A stretch of DNA of 64,000 nucleotides from Minisyncoccia bacterium (lineage in GTDB: Bacteria > Patescibacteriota > Minisyncoccia > SW-4-49-11), in NCBI GenBank assembly GCA_044356725.1, contig JBIKVS010000003.1:4735-68734 (forward strand), written 5' to 3'. The notes under the pieces are model-generated. The model was not told the DNA's origin, did no database searches, and saw only the letters and a program-made list of their open reading frames with translations. Every line of letters begins with the position of its first letter. The first letter of the stretch is position 1. Positions 58,957-64,000 of this stretch are shown in pieces. The translations under genes were made by a program, and so were the position numbers.

Positions 58957-61404
58957 TTATTTATCTATAATATCATTTAATTGTACTTTGATTATGTCTC
59001 CTCTTTTTATTGAATGTATTAAAAGATAATTAGCTAAATATGTCTCTAAGATTGATGATATAGTACGCTCTAATTCACGAGCACCAAAGTCGGGATTGTA
59101 GCCTTTTTCTGCTAAATATCTAATAACCTCATTATCCACCTCAAGCCTAACACCCCTTTCCTCATCAAAGCTTTGAATCATACCTTCTATTATTTTACTA
59201 GCTATTTCACTTACAGTGTCTATATCTAATGGATAGTACACTATTACATCTGTAAATCTGTTAATAAATTCTGGAGCAAATTCTTTCCCTTTTATAATAG
59301 TATCTATTAATTCTTGTTTAAATATTGTTTTATCAAATTCAGGATGACTTTTTATAAATTCTCTTAGGAATAAAGAACCTGCATTCGATGTAGCAATAAT
59401 AATTGAGTTCCTAAAATCAGTTCTAATACCTCTATTATCCGTCAAAAATCCTTCGTCTAAAATTTGTAAAAATATATTCAAAACTTGTCTGTGAGCCTTT
59501 TCTATTTCATCTAACAATATAAGTGAGAAAGGCTTGTCTTGCACTTTCTTAGTAAGGAAACCTTCTTGAAAAAGGTTATCTTCCCCTGCCGGAGCTCCTA
59601 GAATGCCATAAACCGATTCCTCGCTTCCAAATTCATTCATATCTAATCTAATCATTCTGTCACTCGATCCAAAATAATGCTTAGCCAAAGCTTTGGCGGT
59701 TTCAGTTTTACCGACTCCAGTGGGACCTAAGAAAAGAAATGTGCCTATAGGTTTATCTCTTGCCTTTACATCTAATTGAGCTCTTTTCAATGAGTTCACT
59801 AAGGCAAGTATACCTTCTGGTTGCCCTTTAATCTCAGATTGCAATTTGGTTTCTAGAGATATTAAAATATCTTTTTCATCATTTTGTAAAGTATTAACAT
59901 TAATATTAACCCTTTCTGAAACAACTGTTCTAATATGACTTTCGAGTACAAAAGGATTGCCCTCGATATTAGCTTGATTCACCGCATCTGATAGTATTTC
60001 TACGGCTTTACCAGGAAAACCACCCTTACTAACATATCTTTCTGAAAAACTCATCACCGCCCTTAGAGATTGATATGTAATATATTTATTATACATTCTA
60101 GACAAATCAAAAGATGTCATCATTAATACATACATAGTGTCTTCTTTGGAAGCATCCTCCACCGTAATATCTTCAAACAAACTATCAATCACTGGAAAAC
60201 TTTTCACACCACTATGATATCCCTCTGGATTATCAAGCCCAATCACATTAATAATATTGGAATTTAAAAACTTAATAATAATATTCCTAATTTCATCGTT
60301 GGCTGATAAAAATAACTCTGATATATTTTCAATGACTAGAATTATATTACCTGACTTCTCTGCATAATTTAAAGCTTTGAGTAAATATTGTGGGGCTTCT
60401 GGAGTACCTGAAATTAAATCAGTTGTATTCAATTTCAAGACTCGACTTAGATTTTTGTTTTTCTCTATTTGATATTGCCTAATTGTAAAGGCCAAATTAC
60501 TAATAAGGGATCTTTTCCCAACACCTATATTTCCTAAAATAAGGATATTATGCCGATTAGAATTAGATAAATTAGTTAAGACTCGCCTTAAGATATCTTG
60601 ATGGATAATAACTCTATGAGGGTCTCTATGTACTATAGATTCTGTAATATCATCAGTAATTCTATCTAAGTCATTAGTATAACCAATGGTCCAAGAACGC
60701 CCCAATGAACCAAAACTTTTATATACTCCCTCTGGACTCCACGTGGGTATTACCTTACTATTACTATAATATAAAGCCTCCCAAGCTATAATTTGCAAAA
60801 AATCTTCTTTAGATAAATCTAATTGATCTAATAATGTTTTGAATATTCCTCCTTGTTCAAACAATAAATATAATAAAATATGAGAACCTATACGTGGCTC
60901 TTCCCAAGATATACTGAGATTATTAGCCTGATCTAAAAACTCATCCACTGAGATTAAATTTCTACTATTCTCTAACCCTAAATCTTTTAGCTTAGCATAA
61001 AATTCATTTGGGACTAAACCCATATACGTTAGTATAGTCTTTCCACGACTACTTTTAGTAATTGCCCTGATTAATTGTAAATAGGTAAGTTTTTTAGGGA
61101 AATACTTTACTAAATATTGAGCTGTATCATAATCTAATATTTCAGCATAATTATTAGCCAAAATAAACTCATCTTGATTAGATCGTAATTTTAGCACTAC
61201 GAACAAATAAGCTACAATATACAGATAAATGCTTGTGAATGCTAATATAGCTGCAAGAAGATAGTTACCTGTTGTATAACCAATTACTGATGCTAATATA
61301 ATAAATATAATCCATAATAAATAACTTACAAAATTGAAAATAAATTTGTCTATTATATTACTCAGAAAAGTTCTAGTGTGGTATATAGAATAAAAATATT
61401 TCAT
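58957..61404 (-). CDS. Clp-family AAA+ ATPase (ClpB/ClpC-like) with N-terminal transmembrane anchor
   Basis: Two N-terminal TM helices, then Clp_N-like repeats, a degenerate NBD1 (GNIGVGKRS) and a canonical NBD2 (LFLGPTGVGKTETAKALA...LLDEIEKAH...ATSNAGS). Confidence 0.7.
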   Translation of the reverse strand: MKYFYSIYHTRTFLSNIIDKFIFNFVSYLLWIIFIILASVIGYTTGNYLLAAILAFTSIYLYIVAYLFVVLKLRSNQDEFILANNYAEILDYDTAQYLVKYFPKKLTYLQLIRAITKSSRGKTILTYMGLVPNEFYAKLKDLGLENSRNLISVDEFLDQANNLSISWEEPRIGSHILLYLLFEQGGIFKTLLDQLDLSKEDFLQIIAWEALYYSNSKVIPTWSPEGVYKSFGSLGRSWTIGYTNDLDRITDDITESIVHRDPHRVIIHQDILRRVLTNLSNSNRHNILILGNIGVGKRSLISNLAFTIRQYQIEKNKNLSRVLKLNTTDLISGTPEAPQYLLKALNYAEKSGNIILVIENISELFLSANDEIRNIIIKFLNSNIINVIGLDNPEGYHSGVKSFPVIDSLFEDITVEDASKEDTMYVLMMTSFDLSRMYNKYITYQSLRAVMSFSERYVSKGGFPGKAVEILSDAVNQANIEGNPFVLESHIRTVVSERVNINVNTLQNDEKDILISLETKLQSEIKGQPEGILALVNSLKRAQLDVKARDKPIGTFLFLGPTGVGKTETAKALAKHYFGSSDRMIRLDMNEFGSEESVYGILGAPAGEDNLFQEGFLTKKVQDKPFSLILLDEIEKAHRQVLNIFLQILDEGFLTDNRGIRTDFRNSIIIATSNAGSLFLREFIKSHPEFDKTIFKQELIDTIIKGKEFAPEFINRFTDVIVYYPLDIDTVSEIASKIIEGMIQSFDEERGVRLEVDNEVIRYLAEKGYNPDFGARELERTISSILETYLANYLLIHSIKRGDIIKVQLNDIIDK

Positions 61405-61802
61405 AGTATAAAGCTCCTAATAATTAATACAAAGAATAAAACTGGATATGTCACCCATACTAATAATACTATCGTACCTATTATACTTGTTATACTCAAA
61501 ACGATTATTCCTGTTATAATAGTGAATAATCGAACAAAAGCTCCTACTACTCTAGCTACCATATTAGATGTCCAAATCTCTAGTATGCGATTTATATCAA
61601 ACCCTTTATCTGGATAAGCATAAGATTGGTTCTTCCAAGGAGAAAAAAAGGTTTTTAACAAAAAGACAAATGAATATATTTTACTAATAACTGTAATATA
61701 TTTATATAATAATTTTATAATTTTCAGAGGCATTTCCAAAAAATACCATTGTAGGAAAATAGTCACTAATTTTATATTATATGATGCAGTTTCAATAATC
61801 AT
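61401..61802 (-). CDS. Hypothetical small membrane protein
   Basis: 133 aa with three or four hydrophobic helices; coupled to its neighbours. Confidence 0.35.
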   Translation of the reverse strand: MIIETASYNIKLVTIFLQWYFLEMPLKIIKLLYKYITVISKIYSFVFLLKTFFSPWKNQSYAYPDKGFDINRILEIWTSNMVARVVGAFVRLFTIITGIIVLSITSIIGTIVLLVWVTYPVLFFVLIIRSFIL

Positions 61803-61803
61803 A

Positions 61804-62805
61804 TTATTTTTGTGATACTTTAACTTGAGATAGAGTAGATTTAAGATTAATAACTAATTTTTTCATTTCTTCAGGTTTTTCTTCTAATGTATCATTCATA
61901 TCTGCATTTTGATTTTGTAGATTCTCTTGATTTATAGTTTGATAAATATTAGAACCTCTATTAGAATTCTCCAGACCTGAAAACTCAATCTGACTTAAAC
62001 TAGATGAGCTAGATACAATAATCGGGATATCCTTGGAAATAATCATATTAATTATACTGAAATTAGAATTTATGTCTAATATAACTTCTTCCTCTAAATT
62101 AATATCTTTAATAACCATATTTATATTTGAAGTATTGGCTTTAATATAACCTGATTTTAATCTTAAGTTAGATAGATCTACTCCAATATATGATAAATTA
62201 GAGTTAATATTAAATGAAATTGAGGTATTTGTTGGGAATACTATATCTAAATTCTTGTTATAAGATCCAATCCCAGGAGGTAATAATTTCTGTTCTAACT
62301 TAATATTTTCTATGTTATTTTCATCTCTATAACTACTAGATATAAGTTCATCATAATTCGACATAGCTTCACCTTTGAAAATATTAACATCTTCTGATTT
62401 GATATTAGCTTTAGTTGCTAATAATTCTATATTTGAAGATATACCACTAGCGTCCATAATAGGTATTATACTATTAGATATATTATTTTCTACATTAGAA
62501 GAATATACAAAAAATGATGCTATAGTTATCCCTACGGATAATGTAGTTATAAAAAACCCTATACTGAAAGATGCTGTATTTTTAGCTCTCAAAATAGATA
62601 TCCCTATAAATATAATAGAAATAGGCCATAAAATTCGATATGGTATGAAAATCGACAAATAGTTACTCTGATAAACTGAATAAAAATAGATAAGAGAAAC
62701 ACTAAAGATTAATAAAAATAGATAAATTTTACCAAAATTAATTTTTATACTGCGTTTTTTGGATGATTCTTCTTCTAAATTATTATCTATAATGACACTA
62801 TACAT
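61804..62805 (-). CDS. Hypothetical membrane protein (possibly LiaF/DUF4097-like partner of the PspC-domain protein)
   Basis: N-terminal TM helices plus a repetitive Asn/Ile-rich C-terminal domain; lies directly downstream of the PspC-domain gene. Confidence 0.35.
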   Translation of the reverse strand: MYSVIIDNNLEEESSKKRSIKINFGKIYLFLLIFSVSLIYFYSVYQSNYLSIFIPYRILWPISIIFIGISILRAKNTASFSIGFFITTLSVGITIASFFVYSSNVENNISNSIIPIMDASGISSNIELLATKANIKSEDVNIFKGEAMSNYDELISSSYRDENNIENIKLEQKLLPPGIGSYNKNLDIVFPTNTSISFNINSNLSYIGVDLSNLRLKSGYIKANTSNINMVIKDINLEEEVILDINSNFSIINMIISKDIPIIVSSSSSLSQIEFSGLENSNRGSNIYQTINQENLQNQNADMNDTLEEKPEEMKKLVINLKSTLSQVKVSQK

Positions 62806-62816
62806 AAATATTTTTA

Positions 62817-63290
62817 TTATTTTTTTTGAGTTATACTTCTAAGAAGGAATCCCAAACCAATTGTAATAACAAGAGCTGGATACCTCCATACTCCTGGTAT
62901 TAATTTCCATGGTACAAGATTAAATTGTAACACAAACATACCAATAAATATAATTATTAATGCTACAATATTTTGTTTAGATGCTAATTTATCTATCATA
63001 TCAGAGTATTGATCTGATAATATTAAATCCTCTTCTTTTAAAACACCATGTGTAACATTATAATAAAACTCTCTATCTTCTTGTTCTATCACCTCATCTT
63101 CTGTAGGTAATAGTATAGATAAAGTTATATAAAAAACCAAACCGACTCCACTAGCTAATGTCAGCAATATAAATAAAAATCTAATTAAAGTATGACTAGT
63201 ATTAATATAATCTGCAATACCTGCAGCAACTCCTGTGAATATTCTATATTCTGTTGATTTGTACAGACTTCTTTTGACAGTTGTAGCCAT
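62817..63290 (-). CDS. PspC-domain envelope-stress protein
   Basis: YRIFTGVAAGIADYINTSHTLIRFLFILLTLASGVGLVFYITLSILLP is a canonical PspC domain. Confidence 0.7.
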   Translation of the reverse strand: MATTVKRSLYKSTEYRIFTGVAAGIADYINTSHTLIRFLFILLTLASGVGLVFYITLSILLPTEDEVIEQEDREFYYNVTHGVLKEEDLILSDQYSDMIDKLASKQNIVALIIIFIGMFVLQFNLVPWKLIPGVWRYPALVITIGLGFLLRSITQKK

Positions 63291-63384
63291 ATTAATTTAT
63301 TTGATATATATATTCATATTAGTATATGATATTATTATAACATATAATTATAATTTTTATAAATAATTTGATAACTTTTGAAAT

Positions 63385-64000
63385 ATGGATATTAATTTAT
63401 CTGCAATAATTAAAGATATACCGTCAATCTCTGGGGTTTATATTTTCTCTAATAAAGAGAAGAAGATTATTTATATTGGGAAAGCCATCAATCTAAAAAA
63501 TCGTGTAAGTAGTTATTTTAGAGGCAGTAACTCACTTAACTCAGCCAAAAGAGCAATGGTAAGAGAAGTATATAATATAGAAATCAAACCTTGCGATGGT
63601 GAAATTGAAGCTTTAATATTAGAATCTAATCTAATCAAAAAATATAATCCTAAATATAATGTACTCCTTAAAGATGATAAAAGCTATGCTTATTTAGTTT
63701 GGACAAAGGAAGATTTTCCTAGAATTTTTGTGGCACATAAAACTTATCTTGATAATAATTTACATAAACTAAATTATCTAGGACCTTTTGTAAGTGGAGA
63801 TGCCTTGAGAAAAACCTTAAAAATATTAAGAAAACATTTTCCCTACCGTTCTTGTAAAACTATGCCAAAAGTACCTTGTATTTATTATAAATTAGGTAAA
63901 TGTGACGCTCCTTGTATCCAAAATATAGATAAAATTACCTATAAAGACAACCTCAATACCATAATTGAGATTATGAAGGGTAAATCTAAAACTATTCTCA
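63385..64000 (+). CDS. uvrC: Excinuclease ABC subunit C (UvrC), 5' part; runs off the window end
   Basis: ATG at 63385; GIY-YIG domain GVYIFSNKEKKIIYIGKAINLKNRVSSYF...; the Cys-rich UvrC region follows. No stop codon before position 64000. Confidence 0.85.
   Translation, partial: MDINLSAIIKDIPSISGVYIFSNKEKKIIYIGKAINLKNRVSSYFRGSNSLNSAKRAMVREVYNIEIKPCDGEIEALILESNLIKKYNPKYNVLLKDDKSYAYLVWTKEDFPRIFVAHKTYLDNNLHKLNYLGPFVSGDALRKTLKILRKHFPYRSCKTMPKVPCIYYKLGKCDAPCIQNIDKITYKDNLNTIIEIMKGKSKTIL

Overview
This is an AT-rich (about 30% GC), very gene-dense bacterial window. Almost every gene is on the minus strand, intergenic spacers are short, and the standard genetic code appears to be in use, since long ORFs are not interrupted by UGA. 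Recognisable core genes include a split dcw cluster (mraZ-rsmH plus a partial FtsL-like ORF at the left edge, and mraY, an inserted amidohydrolase, murD and ftsW). Others are rnhB, gatC-gatA, lon, the rpsB-tsf operon, pgm/pmm, tRNA-Phe, pth, an LCP protein, mscL, an arsR-thioredoxin-CcdA/DUF3179 redox operon, ndk, groES-groEL with a CIRCE-like operator, an AI-2E transporter, htrA, a second SEDS (rodA-like) gene, hrcA-grpE, a membrane-anchored Clp-family AAA+ ATPase, a PspC-domain cluster and the 5' part of uvrC. Peptidoglycan genes, an LCP protein, PspC and HrcA/CIRCE fit a monoderm-like cell envelope; many prepilin genes and small compact genes would fit a Patescibacteria/CPR-like genome, but that is only an inference.

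The accessory content is dominated by type IV pilus biology. At least eight genes carry a prepilin-type N-terminus (G|FTLLEILL...). Several fuse that N-terminus to large C-terminal modules: LamG-like jellyroll domains (three genes), an SBBP beta-propeller repeat array, and an FGE-sulfatase-like (C-type-lectin-fold) domain. That FGE-like domain has a non-pilin paralog elsewhere in the window. A tightly packed co-directional block runs hrcA-grpE-wecA-like-pseudopilin-pseudopilin-histidine kinase-response regulator-pilB-pilC-LamG pseudopilin. Two tandem major-pilin paralogs have duplicated promoters, each carrying a perfect DnaA-box 9-mer.

The most unusual non-coding signal is a family of GC-rich, hairpin-dense modular repeats at four intergenic sites (about 10.5, 18.6, 24.6 and 49.2 kb), which stand out sharply against the AT-rich background. 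Other notable items are a roughly 1027-aa delta-60-repeat surface protein with near-identical 360-bp tandem DNA repeats, a 28-bp perfect palindrome upstream of arsR, and a 175-bp G-depleted polypyrimidine tract. All functional calls rest on motif recognition by eye. No database or HMM search could be run.
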